A stretch of 64,000 nucleotides of DNA, from assembly GCA_944392275.1 (NCBI GenBank), contig CALXWA010000001.1, forward strand, positions 4,737-68,736. Direction: 5' to 3'. Under the pieces are notes generated by a model. That model was given only the letters and a program-made list of their open reading frames with translations, was not told the origin of the DNA and searched no databases. Shown here piece after piece: positions 10,478 to 19,228 of this stretch (position 1 is its first letter; each line of letters opens with the position of its first letter). The position numbers and the translations under genes are program-made. This DNA is from an uncultured Alphaproteobacteria bacterium. Its GTDB lineage: Bacteria > Pseudomonadota > Alphaproteobacteria > RF32 > CAG-239.

Positions 10478-10629
10478 TTTCCTACGTCTGCAAAAATTTA
10501 AACCAAAACTATTAAGTCTCAAATTCCCAAAATTGTAAAGATAAAAAAAATTAAATGACAACATTTTTTTTAATGAAAAAACAATAATTTTATGTTAATC
10601 TAAAACAAAATAGACAAAAGGGGCAAAAA

Positions 10630-11688
10630 ATGTCAAGAAAAGCAAAATTGGCCGGAATTAAAACGAAAATAAAGTTACTAATGCATCGCTATGCCATGAA
10701 AGTAGCTTCTTTTTCGGAAAAACTGCCGCACACATCACAAAAAGTTTTGTTAAAATGTACGGTTCCGTTGGTAATGGGTTTTGCTCCGGCGGGTGTTTTT
10801 TCGGCCTATAGCCAAAGCATTAGAGAAGCTCCAAAAAAAGAATTAATTGCAAAATTTGCCTCAACGGCTCCGGCTCAGGCTCATGCCATAGCAGCTAAAT
10901 TTAATCATGAGCTAAACAGCCGCGTTGATGAAATGCAGGGAGAGCTTTTTTTAGCTTATGCAGCCGAAATGAGCCGGACCATTAAAGAAATAAAAGCCGC
11001 CGCTAAAAGAAAAAGAAAATCCGTTTATCTGAAAAAAAGAGGAGCCACGAGTAGTCGTTATTACTGTGGTTTGAGTTTTCGGATTTTAGGAGAAATTGCT
11101 CAAGAATGCGGCTTATCGGAAGAGTATCAGGCCGTCTTGTCCAGGGTTAAGAATCCCGATGCATGCTTGAGTATCATTGAAGGTCTGAAGGAAGAGGACC
11201 AAAAGATTAATGGAGATATTTTATCAACCCTTGAACAGGGACTGGATGAAGATTCTTCTCAATGTGCCGTTGTTGTTCACAAATCTAGGGGGAATACCTC
11301 CAGTGGCTACCATGTTGTTGTGGTGGTAAAAGACAAAGTTTATGCCTTTAATGGGGAAAAAGACGGCGTCAGTATATACGAATACTTCAAGGGAGAAAGA
11401 AATACCGGTTATTTTTTCAATATCGGAAAAAGAGCGGAAGAAAAATACCGAGAAAAAGAAATTGATCGCTTTTGGGAAAAATATTATCAGCAATATCCGC
11501 AACATGAAGAAATGTATAGAAGAGCAGTTATTTCCAGTAATAATATCAGGCAAGAAATTATGCAATCATCTCTTGAGTTAGACGCTTACCGCCAAGCCAT
11601 AGCTAAACATACAGGCCCGCTTGAGGTAACGGATAATCAAGGCAAAAAAACGTTGGTTAATGCTTTTCAGAATGCTCGTCTTTCTTAA
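10630..11688 (+). CDS. Hypothetical protein, possible Cys/His hydrolase fold
   Basis: No signal peptide. The spacing YYCGLSF ... SGYHVVVVV ... D resembles a papain-like nucleophile/His arrangement. Followed by an intrinsic terminator. Confidence 0.35.
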   Translation: MSRKAKLAGIKTKIKLLMHRYAMKVASFSEKLPHTSQKVLLKCTVPLVMGFAPAGVFSAYSQSIREAPKKELIAKFASTAPAQAHAIAAKFNHELNSRVDEMQGELFLAYAAEMSRTIKEIKAAAKRKRKSVYLKKRGATSSRYYCGLSFRILGEIAQECGLSEEYQAVLSRVKNPDACLSIIEGLKEEDQKINGDILSTLEQGLDEDSSQCAVVVHKSRGNTSSGYHVVVVVKDKVYAFNGEKDGVSIYEYFKGERNTGYFFNIGKRAEEKYREKEIDRFWEKYYQQYPQHEEMYRRAVISSNNIRQEIMQSSLELDAYRQAIAKHTGPLEVTDNQGKKTLVNAFQNARLS

Positions 11689-11691
11689 TAA

Positions 11692-11718
11692 AAAACTCCC
11701 CAAAAGGGAGTTTTTTTT
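11692..11718. terminator. Bidirectional intrinsic terminator
   Basis: AACTCCC-CAAAA-GGGAGTT hairpin flanked by an A-run upstream and a T-run downstream. It lies between convergent genes 10630..11688 (+) and 11722..12972 (-). Confidence 0.6.
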
Positions 11719-11721
11719 AGA

Positions 11722-12972
11722 TTAAAAGAAGATGGTACTGCGAAGCGTAAAGACCGTTGCATAATCTGATTTAGGATTTTCAGCCGGATCAAAATAAAAC
11801 TGAATATCCGGTGTTATAATCATCCATTTAGATACCCCGAAAGACCAATAAGCTTCTAAAACTTTTTCGGCGCTGTTGGCAAGGTTTTCACCGACGGCAG
11901 TTTCATTAATTTTGTTATAAGCCCCCGCAAACCCAATTTGATCCAAAGGGTTTCGATCAAAAGGATTGTTTAAAACCATACCCAAAACATAAGATTGGTC
12001 AATATCAATCATATCACCGGAAACCCCGTTTGCACGAGCAAAAACGGATAACACATCGCCAAAATCTTGACTTAAGTTTAAAGACCATCCGTTTGTTGTT
12101 TGCGGTTGTTCTTCCACTCCGGGTTGGTTATAGAGCAAAATTGAATATTGTCCGTCCCCAAGTTTGCCGATTGTCGGTGTATAAGAAAGAGAGGCAAAAG
12201 TTGTATAGTGTTCCTCTCCCAAATGGGCTGTAGAAATACTGTACCCGTCAATATTGGTAGCATCTTGAGCCCCAAAGGCAAAGTTCCATTCCGGATTAGG
12301 CGAAATTTGCATATATCCGCCAAGGGATGCCGAAGGGTAAGACGAGGAGGCATTTTGCGATAAGGCATAGTTAATAAAGTTAACTTGTTGGTTGGCATCA
12401 TAAGTCGTTCCGTCAAAATTATATATTGGAAATTGCCCCAAGGCCACCGTCAACCAATTGGCTTTACCGGGGAGTTGATAGCTCAGATATAATTCATCAA
12501 AAGTATTTGAAGGCGAATCATAGTCATTAATATCGGTCGCAACTCCGATTCGGTTTTGGAGCGTTTGAGCTTGCGTTCCGCTATAGCGAACAATACTATA
12601 AGCCGCGTTAAAAGAGAGATTTCCGTTTTCATTATTAAAAGCCGTCCAGGTCACAGAAGGATATATTGCGGTCTGAATAGCGGCTTTTTTCCCGCTCGGG
12701 GCTCCATATTGGGGCATATAGGAGATATCGACCGAATAATCCAAGTTATATTTACGGCTTAACATATTTTTAAAGTCGGTATAGGTTTGACCAAGATGTG
12801 TAAACGGATTATTACGCCGTATTTTGTTACTTTCAATTCTTTGTTTACCGCTTTTTGCCCCGCTGGCTTGAATTTCATCAGCATTATTTTCTTGAGCCAT
12901 TACATCACAAAAGCCAGAAAATCCTCCCAAACACAGGGCAGAACTCAAAGCCAAAACCCGAAACCATTTCAT
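11722..12972 (-). CDS. Outer-membrane beta-barrel porin (OprB-like carbohydrate porin family, tentative)
   Basis: Signal peptide. Alternating amphipathic strands rich in Y/G/N/S. C-terminal ...TLRSTIFF with the terminal Phe typical of outer-membrane beta-barrels. Confidence 0.5.
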   Translation of the reverse strand: MKWFRVLALSSALCLGGFSGFCDVMAQENNADEIQASGAKSGKQRIESNKIRRNNPFTHLGQTYTDFKNMLSRKYNLDYSVDISYMPQYGAPSGKKAAIQTAIYPSVTWTAFNNENGNLSFNAAYSIVRYSGTQAQTLQNRIGVATDINDYDSPSNTFDELYLSYQLPGKANWLTVALGQFPIYNFDGTTYDANQQVNFINYALSQNASSSYPSASLGGYMQISPNPEWNFAFGAQDATNIDGYSISTAHLGEEHYTTFASLSYTPTIGKLGDGQYSILLYNQPGVEEQPQTTNGWSLNLSQDFGDVLSVFARANGVSGDMIDIDQSYVLGMVLNNPFDRNPLDQIGFAGAYNKINETAVGENLANSAEKVLEAYWSFGVSKWMIITPDIQFYFDPAENPKSDYATVFTLRSTIFF

Positions 12973-13155
12973 TTAATATCTCCTAAAAGTTGCTTGTTTA
13001 TGCCAAAGAAATAGATACGATTTCATAAAATTGAAGAGGAATATTAAAAATTTTTGATTAGACAAATGGTGTTTTTTTGTGTTGACTTTTGTCTATAATG
13101 CGAATATGATAAAGCCATAAAAAATATTTTTATTAACTTATTAATTTTTTTTCAT

Positions 13156-13539
13156 ATGAAATTGAAAATAAAAAACGAGGAACGCTCATGGACAGAGACA
13201 CCTCAGGAAATTAAAGAAAAGTTGGCCGGAATTTTTCCCAACATTGAAGATTTGTATGAAATCGGCGAAGGTGTAGTTGCGGTAATTGACAACGCTTTAC
13301 AGGAAAAACACAAGCAAGCGATGGTTTTTCCGTTACGGGATAAAGAAAGTGGCTGTATTGATTTTATAGCCTATTATCCAATTCGGGATAATTATATCTT
13401 GCATCCTAAGCTTCAGTACACTCCTATCACTACAGCCGGAGAAACCTTCAAGACCAAGCGTGGTCTTATGACCATTGTTGCAAACGGAACAAGCTTTGCT
13501 TATCAGTATAGTAAAGTTCTTTCCAAAGTTGGGATCTAA
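13156..13539 (+). CDS. Hypothetical protein
   Basis: 127-aa ORF with no recognisable motif. First of a pair of small ORFs. Confidence 0.35.
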   Translation: MKLKIKNEERSWTETPQEIKEKLAGIFPNIEDLYEIGEGVVAVIDNALQEKHKQAMVFPLRDKESGCIDFIAYYPIRDNYILHPKLQYTPITTAGETFKTKRGLMTIVANGTSFAYQYSKVLSKVGI

Positions 13540-13570
13540 ATTCGAAGTCAAATTTTTAAATTTTTTAATC

Positions 13571-13945
13571 ATGAGCACCGCAGAAAATAGAACTGTAGGA
13601 ACAGGTTCTTTCAAAAAAGAGATTAAACATACCCCGCAGATAATGAGTAGTATTTTTGATGCTATGTTGGGAAGAAGATTGATGTTATATGCCTCAGCTT
13701 CCAATCCATATTTAGGGGTAATAGATCATGTTGAAGGCCCGGTGTGGGTTATGGATTTGTGTGTAGGCAAATATGTGCACTATGCCATATTTGAAGAGTT
13801 TACCAACACCATCTACATCTACATGGGTCCCTTGCGAGCCAAACCGATAATTGACATTGGTCAGTTCTATGAAAATAAATACTTGTTTGCACAGGTATAT
13901 TCGGACAAACACGAAAATGTTTGCATCTCAATCGGCGTCAAATAA
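13571..13945 (+). CDS. Hypothetical protein
   Basis: ATG at 13571 (MSTAENRTVG...). Chosen because the longer upstream ORF start overlaps the preceding gene. Followed by a hairpin plus T-run near 13958-13992. Confidence 0.35.
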   Translation: MSTAENRTVGTGSFKKEIKHTPQIMSSIFDAMLGRRLMLYASASNPYLGVIDHVEGPVWVMDLCVGKYVHYAIFEEFTNTIYIYMGPLRAKPIIDIGQFYENKYLFAQVYSDKHENVCISIGVK

Positions 13946-14034
13946 GTTCCTCCAAACAAAGAAAAGGGTTACCATCAAGGTAATCCTTTTTTGTTATCTG
14001 ATAACAAATTTTGTCCTCATTTTGTTTTAATACA

Positions 14035-14063
14035 TTGACATGTAAGGGAAATCAGGGTAAAAT
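14035..14063 (+). promoter_or_regulatory. Sigma-70-like promoter (TTGACA-N17-TAAAAT), with an upstream 17-bp perfect palindrome TTGTTATC-t-GATAACAA at 13991-14007
   Basis: Hexamers read directly from the sequence, about 120 nt upstream of the start of the large LRR gene. GGAGGG ribosome-binding site 7 nt before the ATG at 14188. Confidence 0.45.
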
Positions 14064-14187
14064 AGATGTGTAATGTGCGGAAAGATAAAAGCTATCCATA
14101 TATCACACACATACATATTTCAACAGCTTTTATAAAAAATATCGCTTTCCGCCATTACGCCGGTTAAGGATTGTGGAGGGCGGTGTC

Positions 14188-16722
14188 ATGCAGAAGCGTA
14201 TCTTAGGATTGATAGGAATCATCGTATTATGGTCAAATTTAGCTGAAGCATCAATTGTATCTTTGCCTCGATATACGGGAGATATCAGTTCCCGATATAA
14301 TGAAGCCAATATTGGCAAGACGGAAAAATTGAGTTGTGCAGAGCGAGGCAAAGTTGATAAGCCAAGTGATAGCTGTCAAAAGTGTGTTAACGAATATGCG
14401 GGATGTTGTGATTATATTGAATGTAGCACCGCTTCCAATTGTTATAAATATACTTCGGCTGATGCAGAAAAATATACCTGTGCGTCCTCGTGTCAAGATC
14501 GGTCTGGAAAACATTACAAAGATTGTCGTTATCAGTTAACGTGTAAAGATGTCTTGGGGATGACCACGGAAGAAGCCAGTCCGTATATAGCGGCGGGATT
14601 TTATTGCTCTCAAGCAAAAACAACATGTAAGATTGTAAATGGAACGACCCTTGGATCCTGTAAGCAATCTTCAGTATCATTAGGTGGAGAGAGTAACAGT
14701 GGTTCTTTAGGAGGAATGACTTCCGGAGGCAGTACCTCAGAACAAAGTATTATTTGTTATACCTGTGCGTGTCCGGAAGGGACCTATAATACTGTTCAGG
14801 GAGGAAAAAGCTGTACGGTTAGCCACCAAGTTGGTAACAGTAAATGTTATACGTGTGGCTGTCCGGCCGGAACCTATGGAGAAGATTGTAAGGCTTGTCC
14901 GACGGGGAGTTACAGCAGTACGGCAGGAGCCTCTACGTGTAGAGGATGTCCGGCAGGATATGGGTCTAAGACAGGGGTAACGGGAGCCACCAGTCAGGAA
15001 GCAGCATGTTCAATTTGTCCGCAAGGAACGTATAAAGCCAATATTGGCCCGGGAAGTTGTACCCCTTGTCCGACCGGGTATGAAGCCATTGCCGGAGTAA
15101 CCGGAGCAACCAGTGTTACGCAGGCCTGTGCACGGTCTTGTGTCCAATGTAGTACGGCAATCTATCCATTATTAACTTGTCCAGATAATGCGGTGTGTGA
15201 AAGCTGCACCCCACAATATTGTAGCGATAACACCACACGTTATAAAATAACTTCTTGTGATGATGGATATACTCTATCTGGGAATGTTTGTGTTGAAAAT
15301 AAAATTGAATATACCGGAGCCATCAAATTTGTAATAGATACCAGTTTGAATAAGTCGTTATCGTTTAACGTGGGAAATGCAACAAATATTAATTTTAATA
15401 TTAACTGGGGAGATGAAACTCAGGAAAATATTTTTTCTTCTGGAACGGTTTCTCATACCTATGCAAGTAGTGGTAAATATACAATTACAATTGAAGGCAA
15501 TTTACCAGAAATGGGACAAATAACTACATACAATATTGTTGAATTAAAACAATTAAATCTTTCAACTGTAAAAGCTTTTAAGTCGACTTTTACTGGGCAA
15601 AGAAATCTGACGGGAACCATACCGGAATTACCGGATAGCTTGGAGAATGGAAGATCTATGTTCTCTGGTTGTAGCGGGTTGACGGGAACTATCCCAGCAT
15701 TACCGGATAGTTTGACCAATGGATCTAATATGTTCTATGATTGTCGTAGTTTGACGGGAATGACCTCTCATATTTCAACAAGCTTGACCAATGGATCTGA
15801 TATGTTCGCTCATTGTAAAGGCTTAACGGGGACCATCCCAGCATTACCGGATAGTTTGACGAATGGAAGTTATATGTTCTCTGGTTGTAGCAGCTTAACG
15901 GGAACTATCCCAGCATTACCGGATAGCTTAGAAGATGGAAGGTATATGTTCCGTGGTTGTAGCGGGTTGACGGGAATGACCTCCCATTTACCGGCTAGCT
16001 TGGAGGATGGAAGTTGGATGTTCGAAGGTTGTAGCGGATTGACGGGAACCATACCGGCCTTACCGGATAGCTTGACCAAAGCTGCTGGTATGTTCAATGG
16101 TTGTCGTAGTTTGACGGGAATGACCTCTCATATTTCAACAAGCTTGACCGATGGATATATTATGTTCGCTGATTGTAGTGGTTTGACGGGAACCATACCG
16201 GCCTTACCGGATAGCTTGACCAGAGTTACTGGTATGTTTTTTCGCTGTAGTAGTTTGACGGGAATGACATCCCATTTACCAACTAATTTGACCAATGGAT
16301 TTGAGATGTTCCGTGATTGTAGTAAATTAACAGGAAGCATTCCAACATTACCAACAAGCTTGGAGAGTGGAAGTTCTATGTTCCGTGGTTGTAGCAAGTT
16401 GACAGGAACTATCCCAGCATTACCGGATAGCTTGACCAGTGGAGATAATATGTTCTCTGGTTGTAGCGGATTAACCGGAACCATACCGGTATTACCAGAT
16501 AGTTTGACCCATGGATCTGATATGTTCAATGGTTGTCGTAGTTTGACGGGAAAAATACCATCCTTACCAAAACGCCTCGCTAGTGGAAGTTCTATGTTCA
16601 ATGGTTGTAGCGGGTTGACGGGAAAATCACCTAAAAAACCATCAGGTATAACTTTTTATACAGATATATTCCGAGGTACACAAGTGACCAATGATGGTTC
16701 TTGGCCGGAGGGTGCTTGGTAA
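14188..16722 (+). CDS. Large secreted surface protein: Cys-rich ephrin-receptor-like (GCC2/GCC3-type) repeats + PKD-like module + ~14 BspA-type leucine-rich repeats
   Basis: Signal peptide. Repeated CxxCxCP(E/A)GTY...C modules (CYTCACPEGTYNT, CYTCGCPAGTYGEDCKACPTGSYSS, CSICPQGTYKAN, CTPCPTGYEA). PKD-like INWGDETQE...VSHTYASSGKYTITIEG. Then ~40-aa units F.GCSGLTGTIPALPDSLTNGS.MF repeated about 14 times, also visible as repeats in the DNA. Confidence 0.7.
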   Translation: MQKRILGLIGIIVLWSNLAEASIVSLPRYTGDISSRYNEANIGKTEKLSCAERGKVDKPSDSCQKCVNEYAGCCDYIECSTASNCYKYTSADAEKYTCASSCQDRSGKHYKDCRYQLTCKDVLGMTTEEASPYIAAGFYCSQAKTTCKIVNGTTLGSCKQSSVSLGGESNSGSLGGMTSGGSTSEQSIICYTCACPEGTYNTVQGGKSCTVSHQVGNSKCYTCGCPAGTYGEDCKACPTGSYSSTAGASTCRGCPAGYGSKTGVTGATSQEAACSICPQGTYKANIGPGSCTPCPTGYEAIAGVTGATSVTQACARSCVQCSTAIYPLLTCPDNAVCESCTPQYCSDNTTRYKITSCDDGYTLSGNVCVENKIEYTGAIKFVIDTSLNKSLSFNVGNATNINFNINWGDETQENIFSSGTVSHTYASSGKYTITIEGNLPEMGQITTYNIVELKQLNLSTVKAFKSTFTGQRNLTGTIPELPDSLENGRSMFSGCSGLTGTIPALPDSLTNGSNMFYDCRSLTGMTSHISTSLTNGSDMFAHCKGLTGTIPALPDSLTNGSYMFSGCSSLTGTIPALPDSLEDGRYMFRGCSGLTGMTSHLPASLEDGSWMFEGCSGLTGTIPALPDSLTKAAGMFNGCRSLTGMTSHISTSLTDGYIMFADCSGLTGTIPALPDSLTRVTGMFFRCSSLTGMTSHLPTNLTNGFEMFRDCSKLTGSIPTLPTSLESGSSMFRGCSKLTGTIPALPDSLTSGDNMFSGCSGLTGTIPVLPDSLTHGSDMFNGCRSLTGKIPSLPKRLASGSSMFNGCSGLTGKSPKKPSGITFYTDIFRGTQVTNDGSWPEGAW

Positions 16723-16840
16723 TTTAGAAGAGTAGGGTGGTTGGTAAAATAAAATTTCCTTCAGAGTTTTTCTGAAGGAAATTTTTGTTGCAAAATTTTG
16801 CGTTTTGGCGTAATCATAAGCCAGATTGAAAGGCTGTATA

Positions 16841-17377
16841 ATGAATTCAAAATTTTTGCTTCTTTCTTGTTGTGCTCCGTGTTCCTGTGCTGTGATTGCC
16901 AAATTGGCGGAAGCTAAAAAAGATTTTTCCGTCCTCTTTTACAATCCCAATATTCGCCCCTATGCGGAATATGAAAAAAGAAAACAAGAAAATCAGCGTG
17001 TTTGTGAACAATATCACGTTCCCTTCATTAGTCTGGAATATGATAATGATCGCTGGTGCAAGTTAACAAACGGGATGGAAAATATGCCGGAACGCTCCAT
17101 TCGGTGCTCCGTTTGTTTTCACATGCGTTTGCAAAGGGCCATGGAATATGCCAAAGAAAATGGTTTTGCAGCGGTTGCTTCCGTTTTAGGCGTTTCTCGT
17201 TACAAAAACTTGGCTCAGGTCAACCAAGCCGCTGCCAAAGCATCGGCCGAAACAGGGGTCCCGTATTTGGAGATTGAAGGCCGCAAAGGCGGAATGCAAG
17301 AGCTACGGATGGCCTTGATTAAAGAGTTGAACCTTTATTCGCAAACCTATTGCGGATGCAAACCCAGACAGGAATAA
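16841..17377 (+). CDS. queH: Epoxyqueuosine reductase QueH (DUF208)
   Basis: LLLSCCAPCS motif and C-terminal YCGC. The ORF track gives a TTG start at 16826; the ATG at 16841 has a better ribosome-binding site. Confidence 0.7.
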   Translation: MNSKFLLLSCCAPCSCAVIAKLAEAKKDFSVLFYNPNIRPYAEYEKRKQENQRVCEQYHVPFISLEYDNDRWCKLTNGMENMPERSIRCSVCFHMRLQRAMEYAKENGFAAVASVLGVSRYKNLAQVNQAAAKASAETGVPYLEIEGRKGGMQELRMALIKELNLYSQTYCGCKPRQE

Positions 17378-17381
17378 ACCC

Positions 17382-18170
17382 ATGCGAAAATTCGGTATTA
17401 AAATCTGGTCAACAGATGTCTTAAAAAATCCGCATTTTGTAACGGAATGTGTTAAAGCCGTTAAAGATGGAAAATTTGGCTATGTGGAATTATTTGCTCT
17501 TCCGGAGACTTTTCAAGAAACGGCAGCAAAATTAAAAGCCGAGATTGGACAAGAAAAAGTGATTATCCACGCACCGCATTCAAAATTTGGGGTTGATACC
17601 GGTACGGCCGATGCCTATACGGATAATTGTAAAAAATTAACATCATCTTTTCAGTTTGCCGATTTATTGTCGGCAGAAATAATCATTCTCCATGCCGGCT
17701 GTGGGGAAGGGGACGCTTTTGTAGACGAAACCATTCGTCAGTTTAATTTGTTGCATGATTCGCGGTTGTGTGTTGAAAATTTGCCTTATTTTTGTACGGC
17801 AACCGGCAAAATTTTGCATGGCACCTCGCCGCAGCAAATTGCCCGTATTAAGGCAGAAACCGGATGCGGCTTTTGTTTTGATTTTTCGCACGCGGTCTGT
17901 GCGGCCAACCACTATCACCGAGATATTTGGAAGGATTTGCAACAATATGCGTCACTAAAACCATCAATGTATCATTTATGCGATGGTGATTTTGCCGAAA
18001 CCGCTGACAAACATCTGCACTTTGGGGAGGGAAATTATAATTTGCAACGCCTACTCCAAGATTATACCACGCAAGATGCCCTCATAACCATGGAAACCGG
18101 ATACGGAACCCCAAACGGCATAGAACCATGGTTAAAAGACATTGATTATATTCGGCTTTTAGAAAAATAA
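17382..18170 (+). CDS. Xylose-isomerase-like TIM-barrel protein (sugar phosphate isomerase/epimerase or AP endonuclease 2 family)
   Basis: YVELF, IIHAPH, VENLPY, MYHLCDGD metal-ligand spacing typical of this fold. Specific function unknown. Confidence 0.4.
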   Translation: MRKFGIKIWSTDVLKNPHFVTECVKAVKDGKFGYVELFALPETFQETAAKLKAEIGQEKVIIHAPHSKFGVDTGTADAYTDNCKKLTSSFQFADLLSAEIIILHAGCGEGDAFVDETIRQFNLLHDSRLCVENLPYFCTATGKILHGTSPQQIARIKAETGCGFCFDFSHAVCAANHYHRDIWKDLQQYASLKPSMYHLCDGDFAETADKHLHFGEGNYNLQRLLQDYTTQDALITMETGYGTPNGIEPWLKDIDYIRLLEK

Positions 18171-18179
18171 CGATAAAAC

Positions 18180-19226
18180 TTATTTTTTTGATAACGACCG
18201 CAAGTAATCTCCGTGGCAACCATAGTCGGGACTAATACTCCGACCGATGGAACGAAATTTATTTTGCAAATCAACAAGCCCGTTCCGCAAAGAATCATAA
18301 GCCTTTTCTTTTCCCGGGTAGAGGTCGTAACGTTTACGCAAGGCCTCCGTATTCAAATTCGGCATAACAACATTCGCCCCGCATTGCAAAGCAAGCAAAC
18401 GCCCTTGCGGATGCAAAGCCTCCATTGCGGTTGTCGCCGGAATATTAATATCTGGAAGCAAAAGTCTGGCCAAAGCCATCACCTTGAGAGATAAAACAAA
18501 GGCTTTCCCCGGAGCATCCTTGAGCGGTGTATCCGGATGCGGAATAAAAGGTCCGATACCGGCCATATCAATCTTAAGTTCCTTAAAAAATAAAAGATCA
18601 TCGGCAATTGTTTCTAGGCTTTGTCCCGGTAACCCGACCATAGAGCCGGAGCCGACCTCATAGCCCAACGCTCTGAGATCAAGCAGGCATTGCCGTCTTT
18701 TTTCCCATTGCATTCCGGGGTCCAATTGATGGTATAAATCTTTATCGGTTGTCTCAATCCGTAGCAAATAGCGATCGGCTCCGGCTTCTTTATAGGCCTT
18801 ATATTCCGCAAAACTTTTTTCCCCGATACTGAGGGTGACTTTCATACCATTTTTTTTAATCCGCGAGATAATGTCTTGCATTTTAGGGATGTCAAAATAC
18901 AAATCTTCTCCCGATTGCAAAACAATTGTCTTAAAACCAAGCTCTTTGGCGTGAGCAGAGAGGTTGACAATATCGTCGGCTTCCATCCGATAACGAGATA
19001 CATTTTTATTATCGCGACGAATGCCGCAATAACAACAATTGTTTTTGCAAATATTAGAAAATTCGATTAATCCGCGTAAGTAAATCGCATCACCGACAAA
19101 TTGCTTACGGACGGTATCCGCCGCAACAAAAAGATCGTCGTTTATTTGCTTCTCTCTCAACAAAAAAACAAGCTCTTCTTTGTTTAGAGAATGTGTTTTG
19201 AGTGCTTTTTCAATAAGTTGATGCAT
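18180..19226 (-). CDS. HydE-like radical SAM protein (HydE/PylB/BioB subfamily)
   Basis: IEFSNICKNNCCYCGIRRDNKNVSRYRM (CxxxCxxC cluster) and long blocks I recall from HydE (TIVLQSGED, GADRYLLRIET, GSGSMVGLPGQ, IGPFIPHPDTPL, IPATTAM, CGANVVMPN). Confidence 0.6.
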   Translation of the reverse strand: MHQLIEKALKTHSLNKEELVFLLREKQINDDLFVAADTVRKQFVGDAIYLRGLIEFSNICKNNCCYCGIRRDNKNVSRYRMEADDIVNLSAHAKELGFKTIVLQSGEDLYFDIPKMQDIISRIKKNGMKVTLSIGEKSFAEYKAYKEAGADRYLLRIETTDKDLYHQLDPGMQWEKRRQCLLDLRALGYEVGSGSMVGLPGQSLETIADDLLFFKELKIDMAGIGPFIPHPDTPLKDAPGKAFVLSLKVMALARLLLPDINIPATTAMEALHPQGRLLALQCGANVVMPNLNTEALRKRYDLYPGKEKAYDSLRNGLVDLQNKFRSIGRSISPDYGCHGDYLRSLSKK

Positions 19227-19228
19227 AG

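Noticed and set aside
12030-12416. Several 67-112-aa ORFs on both strands inside the porin gene
   Set aside because: They are fully nested in the 416-aa outer-membrane protein ORF, which has a coherent signal peptide and a C-terminal Phe. They are typical overlapping-frame noise.
15459-16601. Minus-strand ORFs (86, 75 and 157 aa) with repetitive KLSGNAGIVPVNPLQPENI-type sequence
   Set aside because: They are the reverse-complement shadow of the nearly perfect DNA repeats that encode the LRR units of the 14188..16722 gene. Their periodicity mirrors those repeats, and there are no independent start or ribosome-binding signals.
18180-19226. Inferring an [FeFe]-hydrogenase maturation pathway from the HydE-like gene
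   Set aside because: No hydA, hydF or hydG is in the window and the context is tRNA modification. The HydE family includes enzymes with other substrates, so only the family assignment is made.
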